NCBI RefSeq assembly: GCF_006345805.1
Contig: NC_042997.1
Coordinates: 178,560,001-178,624,000, forward strand
Reading direction: 5' to 3'
DNA length: 64,000 nt
Origin: Octopus sinensis
Lineage: Eukaryota
The position numbers and the translations under genes are program-made. This document shows, one piece after another, positions 11,536 through 24,734 of the stretch. The notes beneath the pieces are model-generated. The model was not told where the DNA came from, searched no databases, and worked only from the letters and a program-made list of their open reading frames with translations. Numbering within the stretch: position 1 is the stretch's first letter; each line of letters begins with the position of its first letter.

Positions 11536-12479
11536 CTAATATTTAATATTACAATGAATTCTGTATCCTTTTCGGGATCGATAAAATTACTACCAGATGA
11601 ATAGTGAGGATGATGTAATCCATTTACCCCACCCCATCTCAACGAAGTTGCTGACCAGTCAAAAATTATGAAACCAATATTACAATGGTCTCAACATGCT
11701 GTTTTAGTCTAGCCGTCTGAAGTTGGCGGTCTTGTTATCTTCACAAGTGTGTAGGAATATCAAACGTATCTGTAGCATATACTGGAATAGAATCCATAGA
11801 CTTGTGCTTAATATCAAACAAAGCTAATAGTTAAGAGTTTGAAATCTTTTGCCGACTATTTTACCGAACATAGAATTTATGAATAACTAAATATACATTC
11901 GCTAGCTTTCAAGAATAAAACTATTTGTGTAGTTGGAATCCAAGGGCGAAATCCATTTAGAATATCGATTTTTAGGTACAGAAACTCCACAATATATACC
12001 ATATAAGGGAACAAGTTCCTTATCCATCCTTTTTCACCAAATAACCCCCTACCCACTGCCTAATTGCCCATTCATTGTTGCTATTCGTCATGTCTCCACA
12101 TCACCGATCATTGCTGTTCAGTTCTCCTGCAACCACTTCTGTCCCTCATCTGCCCATTTTACTTTTCGCTGACCATCCACCCATTAATCTATCTGCTCAT
12201 TCATACACTTGACAGCCTATTTTCCCATCTACCCACCAAATCAACTGTTCAAACCATTATTTCATTCGCCGTCTCTCTCTTTTTATCTCCACGCCAACCC
12301 TTCGCATTCTTTTGTCTTTTTTTTATCTCTCAACTTCCATTCATTTATTGACTCATCCATTTGTACATCCACATATCCACACATCAATCAGCCCCCACAC
12401 CCCTTCGACAGCCAATCTTCCTCCCACACACTCATGTATACATCTACTGATTCACCAAACCCATCAATTCAATTTATTC

Positions 12480-13620
<1,141 letters not shown>

Positions 13621-13919
13621 GTCAATCCAATGGTATGATCAACTGCCTCATATCTCATACCTCTCGGTGTTTCCTATGCACTATTACTCTATCGATAACG
13701 TCTCCACATATACTCACCTAACACTCATCTACCATACTATTGTAGCCAGTCATTTAACATGAATGAAGATTCTTCTTCATGTCTGTTAAATGAAGAAAAA
13801 TCCTCATTCCTTTTCCTTATTTCATCTTCTTTTTCCCTATTCATCTTACAACATGAAACTTAAGATGAAGGCCCAATAGGAAAAATTACTGCAAAAAAGG
13901 GAGTAATATTAACAGCCTT

Positions 13920-13971
13920 GATATTCTTCTTCTTCTTCTTCTTCTTCTTCTTCTTCTCTTCTTCTTCTTCT

Positions 13972-14002
<31 letters not shown>

Positions 14003-15000
14003 TTATTATTATCATTATTATTAATATTATTCTCCTCCTCCTCCTTCTTCTTCTTCTTCTTCTTCTTCTTCTACTTCTTCTCCTCCTCCTTCTTCTTAGC
14101 AGTAGTAGTAGTAGTAGTGGTTGTAGTAGTAGTAGTAGTTGTTGTAGCAGTAGTAGTTGTGAAAATGGAAGGAAGAATAAAGAATAAAACAAGCAAGAAA
14201 ATAAAGTAAAAATAATTAGAAGAATTAACTGAAGAAAGGAAAAAAAGTAGCTGTAGTCATAGTAGTAGAGGTAGTAGTAGTGGTAGTGGTAGGGATGATG
14301 GTAGTTGTGGCAATGGTAGTGTTAGTAAATATAGAGAAAGTAAAAATAATATAACGGACAATAAACACAAAAAAGAAATAATTAGAAGGATTATCCGAAA
14401 AAATAGTAGTAGTTGTAGTAGAAGTAGTAGTTGTAGTAGTAGTAGTAGTGGTAGTAGTAGTAGTAGTAGTGGTAGTAATAGTAGTAGTAGTAGTAATAGT
14501 AGTAGTAGTAGTAGTAGCAGTAGTAGTAGTACTAGAAGCAGCAGTGGCAACAACAGCAGCGGCAGTAGTAGTGGTAGTGCTAATAGCAATGGTAGGAGCA
14601 ACAGTAATAGCAGTAGTGGCAGTGGAAGGAAAAGGAGAAGAAAGAAGATGATGATGTGGAGGAAGAGGAGGAGAAAATAGAATGAATGAAGAATGAAACG
14701 TTCCTGATGAGGAGGAACGAAATAAGAATAATTGTGAAAAATAAGCGAATAAAGAAGAAAGTAAAATAAAATAAGAAATAATCGTTGTCACAAGAAAATA
14801 GATATAATAATGATATAGAAGACGCTGGAGAACGTATACTAGTACACTGATGATGAGGTAGTGGTGATGGTGGTGGGTGTGGTAGTGGTGGTGCTGCTGG
14901 TGGTGGTGGTTGTGGTGATGGTGGTAGTAGTGGTGGATAATATGAAATAGTATAAGGAGAGGACGGGTAAGCAGAGATGCTGGAATAGCAAAATAGAAGC
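13920..15000. repeat. Trinucleotide compound repeats (TTC, TTA, TAG, TGG)
   Basis: Directly visible. Confidence 0.9.
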
Positions 15001-15056
15001 AGAGGAAAGATGGAGCCGAAGCAGAGGAAATTGGAGTATAGCTAGAGGAAAAAAAC

Positions 15057-15750
15057 GGTAGGCAAAAGTGAAAGTAGAGATATATAGGAAAGGTGGAGTA
15101 GAGGCAGGCGAAAGTGAAAGTAGAGATATATAGGAAAAGTGGAGTAGAGGCAGGCGAAAGTGAAAGTAGAGATATATAGGAAAGGTGGAGTAGAGGCAGG
15201 CGAAAGTGAAAGTTGAGATATATAGGAAAAGGTGGAGTAGAGGCAGGCGAAAGTGAAAGTAGAGATATATAGGAAAGGTGGAGTAGAGAGGCAGGCGAAA
15301 GTGAAAGTAGAGATATATAGGAAAGGTGGAGTAGAGGCAGGCGAAAGTGAAAGTAGAGATATATAGGAAAGGTGGAGTAGAGGCAGGCGAAAGTGAAAGT
15401 AGAGATATATAGGAAAGGTGGAGTAGAGGCAGGCGAAAGTGAAAATAGAGATATATAGGAAAGGTGGAGTAAAGGCAGGCGAAAGTGAAAATAGAGATAT
15501 ATAGGAAAGGTGGAGTAGAGGCAGGCGAAAGTGAAAGTAGAGATATATAGGAAAGGTGGAGTAGAGGCAGGCGAAAGTGAAAGTAGAGATATATAGAAAG
15601 GTGGAGTAGAGGCAGGCGAAAGTGAAAGTAGAGATATATAGGAAAGGTGGAGTAGAGGCAGGCGAAAGTGAAAGTAGAGATATATAGAAAGGTGGAGTAG
15701 AGGCAGGCGAAAGTGAAAGTAGAGATATATAGGAAAGGAGGAGTAGAGGT
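15057..15750 (+). repeat. 46-bp minisatellite, ~15 copies
   Basis: Unit GGAAAGGTGGAGTAGAGGCAGGCGAAAGTGAAAGTAGAGATATATA, near-identical copies. Confidence 0.95.
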
Positions 15751-16440
15751 AGAGAAAGGGAATAAAAGTAGGTGAAGGAGGGAGCAGAGGTAGAGGAAAG
15801 GTGGAGGCGAAAACGAGAAGCTGGAGTTGAGGTAGGAAAATGGGTCGGGATTAGAGATTAGGCAGGTGAGAACAGAGGTAGGTGAAAGGAGGAGTAGAGG
15901 AAAGATGGAATAAAAGCTACCGAAAAGCCGAGCAGAGGTAGAGGAAAAGTGGGACAGAAGTAGAGGAAAGATGGATTATAAGAGAGCTATGGTGGAGGTG
16001 AAGTTGAGGAAGGTGCAGTAGATGTATACAAAAGGGAAAGTGGAGGCAGAGGCAATGTGGAATAGAGGTAGGTTAAATGTCGAGTAGAGCCACAGGAAAT
16101 GTTGAAGAGAAATGGCAGAGAGAAGGTGAAAAGGATGTCGGAGTAAAGGTAGAGAAGGTGAGAAAGGGAAGAGGCAAAGGTAAAGTGAGGTAGAGCAGAG
16201 GTAAAAGAAAGTGAAGAAGAAGTAAAAGGAAGGTGGGTAGAGAGAAAAGAATAAGAAAAATGAAAGAATAAAACAAAGGAATACTAGAAAAGATGGAAGA
16301 AGGATAACTTTAAGTAAAAGTTGACAGAAAAAGCGAAAATAAAAGATGTAAGGGGAGAGAAAAGAACACGGAAAGAGAAAAAAAAGACGGGAAAAGGTTA
16401 GGTCTAAAGTAAAATTGGGGGGAAAAGGAGGAAGAGGAAG

Positions 16441-16471
<31 letters not shown>

Positions 16472-16529
16472 GAATAAGAATAAGAATAAGAAGAAGAAGT
16501 AGTAGGAGTAGAAGAAGAAGAAGAGGAAA

Positions 16530-16570
<41 letters not shown>

Positions 16571-16613
16571 GAAGAAGAAGTAGGAGTTGAAGTAGAAGAA
16601 GAAGAAGAGGAAA

Positions 16614-16669
<56 letters not shown>

Positions 16670-16806
16670 GAAGAAGAAGAAGAAGAAGAAGGAGTAGGAG
16701 TTGAAGTAGAAAAAGTAGAAGAAGTAGAAGTAGAAGAAGAAGAAGTAGAAGAAGTAGAAGAAGTAGAAGGAGTAGAAGAAGAAGAAGAAGAAGAGGAAAA
16801 AGAATA

Positions 16807-16840
<34 letters not shown>

Positions 16841-16983
16841 GAAGAAGAAGAAGAAGTAAAAGAAGAAGAAGTAGGAGTTGAAGTAGAAGTAGAAGTAGAA
16901 GTAGAAGAAGTAGAAGTAGAAGTAGAAGTAGAAGTAGAAGAAGAAGTAGAAGAAGAGGAAAAAGAAGAAGAAAAAGAATAATG

Positions 16984-17029
<46 letters not shown>

Positions 17030-17397
17030 GAAGAAGAAGAAGAAGAGAAGAAGAAGCGGTACAAGAAAGCTTTGGGGAAAAATTTGAAATAAACATAAGA
17101 AAATTATGAAACGAAAGAAGCCGAAGAAAAAAATAAATCTGGCGTCAGTGAGGTAAAAACGAATGCTAAAAATTAGAAAATACAAACGAAAATCAGAGGA
17201 TACAAGTAAGAAAAAAAAATGAATAAATAAAATGTAGATGGGAAGAAAAAAGAAGAGAGGAAGGAGAATATGAAGGAGTTGAGAAAGAAGAAGTAAGGAT
17301 GAAGGAGGAGGCAAATTGTAGGAAGAATAAGAAGAAATTAATAGGCAGAAATGCGTCAATGATAATGATATTAACCAGCCTCAGTAGCAGCAGCAGT

Positions 17398-17453
<56 letters not shown>

Positions 17454-17633
17454 TAGCAGTAGCAGCAGAAATATCAGCAGCATCATTATCATTACTATTA
17501 TCATCATAGTTATCCTGATGATGTGGATGAGGGTATGTTGATGATGAGGATGGTGGTGATGATGATGAGAGTGATGATGTTGACAATGTGGACGATGGTG
17601 ACGACGACGATGATGCTAATAATAATAGTAGTA

Positions 17634-17682
<49 letters not shown>
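15750..17682. repeat. Purine-rich low-complexity DNA and (TAA/GAA/CAT/GAT)n compound repeats
   Basis: Directly visible. Confidence 0.9.
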
Positions 17683-17684
<2 letters not shown>

Positions 17685-18240
17685 GCCCTGATGCAGTACC
17701 AGGCAGTGGCTCTCATGGCTTCTGATCTTAACTGACTGGAAGTGTTATCATGTACATTGTTTTGTCTTGGTATAAAAGATGGGCTACAGCAAATATTCTG
17801 CTCAATACCACAGGTTTGCTTGTCAGTTGTTTGACCTTAACCAGTTGAGCATGTCCCTTAGTGGCTGACGATATGTGCATCTCTGATCACGAGCAGAAGT
17901 AGTGGGGGAGCATCATGGCCATGTGTTGAGAGGGATTCTTTGGAGTTTGAATGGTTCACCTCTGGAAACATAGGTGTTTCGTTCAACATCCTAAAGCAAC
18001 CCTTATTCAGGGACCGTTTGAGCAGGATGGGCTACTCAACCTGAAGAAAATTCTAACTGGGCCCCACCTGCAAGGTCATGTGTTGTTTATCTTGATATGA
18101 GATCACCATGTCGCGCACATATGGTTGTGATGCATGTGCCTGGTGTACCTTTATCAGATGGGTAGTCATGATGGGTATATTGGGCTTCGTATATTTTACC
18201 CCAGTGTCACTTTGATGGCATGAACTGCTCTCTCACTCAA
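17683..18240 (+). mobile_element. ~560-bp non-coding (TAA)n-associated retroposon, longest copy
   Basis: Runs from ATGCCCTGATGCAGTACC to CTCTCTCACTCAA with (TAA)n on both sides; three further copies in the window. Confidence 0.85.
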
Positions 18241-18260
18241 TAATAATAATAATAATAATG

Positions 18261-18429
18261 AGGTCATGTGCAGTTTGTCTTGACATGAAATCACCATGTA
18301 GCGCACATATGGTTGTGATGCATGTGCCTGTTGTACCCTTATCAGACGAGTAGTCATGATGGGCATATTGGGCTTCGTATATTTGTACCCCAGTGTCACT
18401 TTGATGGAATGCGCTGCTTTCTCACTCAA
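18261..18429 (+). mobile_element. 5'-truncated copy of the 560-bp retroposon
   Basis: Matches the last ~170 bp of 17683-18240 and is followed by (TAA/TGA)n. Confidence 0.85.
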
Positions 18430-18446
18430 TGATAATGATGATGATG

Positions 18447-18498
<52 letters not shown>

Positions 18499-19845
18499 TA
18501 ATAATAATAATGATAATAATGATAATAATCGTTTCTTTGTTGGTCACAAGGGCCGGACACAAAACAAATAGGAACAATATAAAACTGGGGACACGTGGGG
18601 GTTAACATAAAAATCGAGTAAACAATAAAATAACAATGACAGTTACCTATACAACTAAACAATAAAATTCTCGAAAAGTGCGAAGTTCTTCACAGGGACA
18701 ACCGAGGAACTCCACACATTTTGGTTATTCCGCCAGGTGCACCTCAGCAGGCGGCTCTCCCCTCAACTCCTCCGGTTTACAAACGAAAGTTCAGAGTAGG
18801 CCCGTACACACAAGCCATCCTCACAAAACGCACCCACCTTTCAACAAATTTACTCAGGTTGGGGGGCAGAAGTTCCCTCTCTACTCTAACTTTCCTTTAA
18901 AAGTGGAACTTGAAAAAGTCGTGGAGGGCTTGGCCGAAGAGGAAAGTACCTCTCTTCAGTCCTTTCGATCTCGTCCACCATACTACCTCCTTCGCCATAG
19001 CCACCAGTATGAGGAAAACTGCCTTTTTTTCCCGGCGGGGCGATCTTCACAATGGACTCGGTTGATAACCGGATCCGTCCTAGATGTGATAACAGGTGTC
19101 CGACAAAGCTCCACAAGTCAGTAATGCACGGGCACTGGGCGAGTGCGTGCAGGGCGGTTTTGTCGCTCTACGTACACCTCGGACAGGTCCGTCTGACAGT
19201 ATTTCTATGTCTGTAGAGCTTGTTCGAACCGACAGAGCTCCTCGGTGGGACTGCCAAGCCAGAGATTTCTTGAAGTTATCCATAAGCTCCGGCCCGAAAG
19301 TCCTCCGGAAAAGACCAGTTAATTGATCCATTCCTGATCCCTCCCGCCGCTCAGAGTTTCTCCGAGGACGTCGTCACTCTTGCCCGCCACTAATCCCTTA
19401 TAGAACTCCATGGTGAAACTTACACCGACCGCGTTGCTCGACTAGCAGAAAGCTGTGAGCGCTTGACGAAACTCCAGATGTCAAGCACCCTTTCTTGGTC
19501 TACGCTTGATCCAGGACTGTAACTCTGCCAATGAGACGAGCTGCGGAAAGTCCTGCTTGACAAAACGGTGACCAGACTTGTTCAGCGTTAGTAAAATGCT
19601 GGAGATACTGCAACCTTAGCGCATGTCTGCGCATCACTAGCCAAGGCATGCCCAATCCTGCACTCAGCGGCTGTTGACAGTAGATGGACCGTCTGACGAG
19701 TGGAACACATCCATTCCACAGAAAGTGGAATAGCAAGTGCTTCAGCTTGGTCAGCCATGAAGTAGGGCAATGTACGGAAGCAATGTACTGATTCGCCATC
19801 TCCACCCGACCCTTTAGGGACAGCTTCCACTCTGCACATTTCTGG

Positions 19846-20268
19846 GTGAGATTGGCTACCTTGCTCGTCCAGGTGAGATTGGCTACCCTGCTCGTCCAGG
19901 TGAGATTGGCTACCCTGCTCGTCCAGGTGAGATTGGCTACCCTGCTCGTCATGGGTGAGATTGGCAACCCTGCTCGTCATGGGTGAGATTGGCTACCCTG
20001 CTCGTCCAGGTGAGATTGGCGACCCTGCTCGTCCAGGTGAGATTGGCTACCCTGCTCGTCCTAGTGAGATTGGCTACCCTGCTCGTCCTAGTGAGATTGG
20101 CTACCCTGCTCGTCCTGGTGAGATTGGCTACCCTGCTCGTCCTAGTGAGATTGGCTACCCTGCTCGTCCTGGTGAGATTGGCTACCCTGCTCGTCCTAGT
20201 GAGATTGGCTACCCTGCTCGTCCTAGTGAGATTGGCTACCCTGCTCGTCCTAGTGAGATTGGCTACCC
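19846..20268. repeat. 27-bp tandem repeat, ~15.5 copies, inside the Tx1 ORF
   Basis: Unit GGTGAGATTGGCTACCCTGCTCGTCC(A/T); encodes T(R/W)TSRVANL in the LINE frame. Confidence 0.95.
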
Positions 20269-20816
20269 TCCCTCCAGTTCTTGACCACCTGGAGGTTCGG
20301 ACCAAACCAGACCGCGAGCAATTTGACTCTTCCTTCCGTCCAGCGCCCTACTGCGCTGTCGGTTGGTATGGACCTGCCTCTCCAGGTGCCGAGCTACTGG
20401 CTCACTAACGTATCCTGACTAATTTTTACTCCTGTTCCCGCTTCGTACTCTCTTAAAGTAGTGCTGATCACCTCGATTTCCGAGCTGTCCGATACTATTA
20501 CGGTGATGTCGTCCACATAAACTAACACGAATCTTCAGCATCCTAGGTTACGTGTGATAACCCTCGAAATATCCAACTTCCTCAGTAATAGCTCGAGAGC
20601 CAGCACGTACAGAAAGGGCGAGAGTAGGCATCCTTGACTGACCGAGCGAGCGATGCTAAACGTTTCCGAAATATGGTTGTTTACTTTAACCATCGAACAG
20701 ATACTGCTATACATCTCGCCTCTGAAAACGGGACCGAAGCCGGCCGCTGTGAGGACAGCCTCCAAATTTGATGATCGACCCTGTCAAAAGATTTTGATTG
20801 ATCCAAATTGATCAGA

Positions 20817-20917
20817 GCAAGGTTCCTTCCCATGCAAGGTTCCTTCCCATGCAAGGTTCCTTCCCATGCAAGGTTCCTTCCCATGCAAGGTTCCTTCCCA
20901 TGCAAGGTTCCTTCCCA
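20817..20917. repeat. 17-bp tandem repeat, 6 copies, inside the Tx1 RT
   Basis: Unit GCAAGGTTCCTTCCCAT. Confidence 0.95.
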
Positions 20918-21253
20918 ACCCTCTCTATGATGTAGCGAGTGAGGTGGAAGTTGTGGATAGATCTGTTCCGAATAGCGCATGTCTGCGCGTTACCGACCAG
21001 CTTACCGACAAGTGCCAACCTCTTGGCTGACACCTTGGTCAAAATCTTATAATCTGCATTTAGCAGAGTTATAGGCCTAAAACGATCTAATTGGTCCCCC
21101 TTTTTCGGGTTCTTTCTCAGAAGCATCACATCACTGGGCATTCTCTCGCTCTGCTGCCAGTTGTGGTAGACATCCGCCTAGAGATCACCGAAAACGTCTG
21201 GCATATGAAGATAAAGCTCGAAGGGTGAAGAAACGTCTGACCAGGATGAAGCG

Positions 21254-21456
21254 CATAGAGGGGACAAACAAGGACAGATATAGGTATTAAGTCGATTACA
21301 TCGACCCAGTGCGTAACTGGTACTTAATTTATCGACCCCGAAAGGATGAAAGGCAAAGTCGACCTCGGCGGAATTTGAACTCACAACGTAACGGCAGACG
21401 AAATACCGCTAAGAATTTCGCCCGGCGTGCTAACGTTTCTGCCAGCTCGCCGCCTT
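21254..21456 (-). mobile_element. SINE family B joined to the 5' truncation point of the Tx1 copy
   Basis: Intact head and central block; the tail stops at TTTGTCCCCTCTATG and continues directly into Tx1 RT sequence on the same strand. Confidence 0.85.
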
Positions 21457-21735
21457 ATCGATCCCAAAGTCTAATCGATGGCTTCAATATCGATCCCAAA
21501 GTCTAATCGATGGCTTCAATATACCGTCACCAGTGATGCACAGGCAGGAACTGAGGCTGACGTACTTGCAGAAATATCTGGACCTCTGCGATGACAACAA
21601 AAAAGGATGACCAAAATGAATGCAAATTATTATTCGCGTCTTTTGTGTGACGCTTTTTTCTGAGTCTGCCTTTTTGTCACGGAGGTCACCTTTGCCTGTC
21701 ATCCTTCAGACCTTCTACTTATAGAAGAATTATCA

Positions 21736-22105
21736 TTATTACCTCCGCCTTAGCGAAGGCGGAGATATTGTTTCGGTCATGTTTGTTTGTTTGTTTGTCC
21801 GTAGACAAGATATCTCAGGTACCGCTGGACGGATTCGGATGAAATTTTCAGGGAAGTTTGGCCTCATGACTGGCACGAAGTGATTAGATTTTGGGATCGA
21901 TCCAGTACCACACAGAGATTTTGGATCACTTTTCCTGTTTTCTTAATTTTTGAGAGCGGTCGGCTTCATTTTTAGTATTCTCGTTTGTGAAAGCAGTCGA
22001 GTTTATTTCGGATATTCTCTTTTTGAAAATCCTCTCTGGCTAATCGTTGAGAGGACGTTGGTGTTGCCTTGGCGGAGGTTTGCGCTCTCAGAGTGCTCTT
22101 GTTGT
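21736..22105 (+). mobile_element. Non-autonomous Helentron-associated (HINE/DINE-1-like) element
   Basis: 5' TTATTACCTCCGCC-loop-GGCGGAG hairpin, (GTTT)n, subterminal inverted copy GGCGGAGGT at 22071-22079 and a 3' GCGCTCTCAGAGTGC hairpin. Confidence 0.7.
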
Positions 22106-22209
22106 TCTTATCATCCGCTATTATCACTATCGGAACAGCAATACCATTCTGATTATCAACCTGGTCACAATCATCACAATCAGTAACAACGTCATAATAA
22201 TTTCTAGTA

Positions 22210-22363
22210 TATGAAGAAGGCGCGAAATTTTTGGGGACGGGACAAGTTCTTTTATCGACCCCGAAAGGATGAAAGGCAAAATCGACCCTGGTGGCATTAG
22301 AACTCAGAACTGCCGCTAAGCCATTTGTCCCGAGGGTTAACGATTCTGCCAGCTCGCCGCCTT
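22210..22363 (-). mobile_element. SINE family B, diverged
   Basis: ATCGACCCCGAAAGGATGAAAGGC and CTGCCAGCTCGCCGCCTT. Confidence 0.8.
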
Positions 22364-22379
22364 AAATCAATACCATAAT

Positions 22380-23130
22380 AGTAATGATGATGTGGATCCG
22401 CTTCCTCCTTCTCCTTCTACTTCTCGTAGTCATCATCATCGTTGTCCTATTCTTCTTTCTCCTAGTCGTCCTCATTATCGTCCTATTCCTCCTCATCATC
22501 ATGGCCGTTGTCCTATTCCTCCTCCTCCTCTCCCTCTCCATCCTCTCTCCTCCCCTTCCTTCCCATCCACACCCATCCCCTAATCTCCTCCACATACCCC
22601 TCCACAATTCCTCTCCTCCCTTCCTCTCTCTTCTTCCTCCCCTTCATTTCCTCCTTTCTTCTTCATCCTCCTCCTCGTCCCCTCTTCCCCCTCCCCTCTC
22701 CTCCTTCCCTCCATCTCCCCTCAAAACCACAACCTTCCTCTTCTTCCACGCCGCCCACCTTCCTCTTCCTATCCCCTCATCTTCCTCTCCTCCTTATCTT
22801 CCTCCTCCTCTTTCACTCCACCACTTTCTTCTTCTTTTTCTCCTCCTCCTCCTCTCATTCCACTCCTCCTCCTACTTCCACTCCTCCTCCCCCTCCCCCT
22901 CCCCCTCCCCTCCTCCTCCTTCTACATCTCCTCCTCCTTCTTCTACATCTCCTCCTCCTTCTTCTACATCTCCTCCTCCTCCTTCTTCTCCTCCTCCCCT
23001 TCATCTATCTTCTTCCCTCTCTTATTCTTCATCTTTTCCCTCTTCTCGTCCTTTTCCTTCTCCTCTTCCTCCTTTCATTATCGCCACTTTAAACGATCAC
23101 CATCACCATCACCGTCACCATTACGATAGA
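22380..23130. repeat. Pyrimidine-rich (CCT/CTT/CAT)n low-complexity tract
   Basis: Directly visible. Confidence 0.9.
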
Positions 23131-23761
23131 ATAAGAATATCTTTATTTACCTAGTCATGACCTCCTGTGTAAAGCAATGTCGGGAGACGACAAGAGATGA
23201 AAGCATGGTTTCATATCAAAAGAGGAACTCAACTGTTCTGTTTACTTCACTGACGAACAGTAAGTTGGCCTAAACAACAAATATGTTTTCCTATTTCCTC
23301 TTTGCTCTTCTTGTTCAATACAAACAGCCACGATCATACATGTACCTCATCCACACCTCCATACACATTCGGACACACGTACGCGCTCACACTAGAACAC
23401 ACGCACATACATACGCACAGACACACATAGATACACGTAGACACACACATTTTCTTTCTCTACTGGATAGACATACTCGTCCTTGTACACGAGTATTTGC
23501 ATTGATATACATAGAAACATATACAAACTTGCACACACACACGAATACGTACACGCACGCACATATACCACGTATATACAGGCACAAATACAAAAATGGA
23601 AACACCTACATTCACCCATACACAATTCTCAGTGCCCAATTTAATGGTTTTTGTGCTTTTATTTTGGCCACGACCTCTTGTGGTTTTGTCTGCTTATAAC
23701 CCCTCCATTTATTGTTCCCTTCGCACTATTTGGCCGTTATTCCTCTTATATATGTATATAT

Positions 23762-23877
<116 letters not shown>

Positions 23878-23924
23878 ATGTATATATACATATATGTATA
23901 TATATGCATATATAAGAGGAATAA

Positions 23925-24056
23925 CCAACGGGAAACTCAGAGTAACAGGTTTTGTTGAATTTTCTGCTGCTTTAAATAAAGCATATTACTCTACCACTGG
24001 TATTTGAGTACTCTTTTTTCCACCTGTTTCACATTTATGTGTTTACTCCGGTATTT
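23925..24056 (+). mobile_element. Possible PLE pseudo-LTR fragment with a half hammerhead motif
   Basis: GGAAACTCAGAGTA-ACAGG resembles the GAAAC-loop-GTA 3' half of a minimal hammerhead; it lies between TA microsatellites. Confidence 0.3.
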
Positions 24057-24070
24057 ATATATATATATAT

Positions 24071-24118
<48 letters not shown>

Positions 24119-24533
24119 GTGTTTGTGTGTGTGGGGGTGTATATATGTATATGTGTATTAAACAAATGATAGAGACAGAAAATTGAATACACATGAAACT
24201 TTAACGCGTGTGTATATCCGTGAATGACAGTTGTATTAACGTTAACATCCACTGCCACTCAACGCTGTTCTCCCCTTCTCTGATATCAGCCACACTTACT
24301 ATGCTACCACATTTTCTTCACACTAACATTCTTTGCACCCTTCTTATTTTACCAAATAATAGTCTCCTCCACCTAGGGAGCCCATTATAGATTTTTATTG
24401 AAATCCAATTAGCCTATAATTGAACTGGATGTTAGTTTAACAAGTATGCAAAGTTTTGCGAAGATTGGTTCTCTGGTGTAGGCAGCAAGATGGTGAGAGA
24501 AATCGACAGAAATTGCCATTTCTGTATAAGATA

Positions 24534-24586
<53 letters not shown>

Positions 24587-24588
24587 TT

Positions 24589-24643
<55 letters not shown>

Positions 24644-24734
24644 TGTGCGTGTGTATGTATGTATGTATGTATGTATGTATGTATGTATGTATGTATGTAT
24701 GTATGTATGTATATATGTTATGTGTATGTATTCC

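Larger units (their letters stand above)
18530..21254 (-). mobile_element. 5'-truncated Tx1-like (L1 clade) LINE: RT, CCHC knuckle and 3' UTR
   Basis: FRPITLLNADYKIL, LINLDQSKSFDRVDH, SVSQGCLLSPFLYVLALE, KLSLKGRVEMAN, LFHFLWNG...GLGMP, CPRCT*SDKTALHALAQC and RKVRVERELL...RW; 3' end GGCCCTTGTGACCAACAAAGAAAC abuts (ATT)n. Confidence 0.9.

Noticed and set aside
15976-17359. 230-362-aa minus-strand ORFs
   Set aside because: Trinucleotide microsatellite translations (poly-Y, -S, -L, -F, -I).
19846-20268. CRISPR-like array of 27-bp repeats
   Set aside because: The repeats are head-to-tail with no spacers, lie inside a eukaryotic LINE ORF, and have no cas genes nearby.
22384-23154. 256-aa Pro/Ser/Leu-rich ORF
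   Set aside because: Low-complexity CT-rich DNA.
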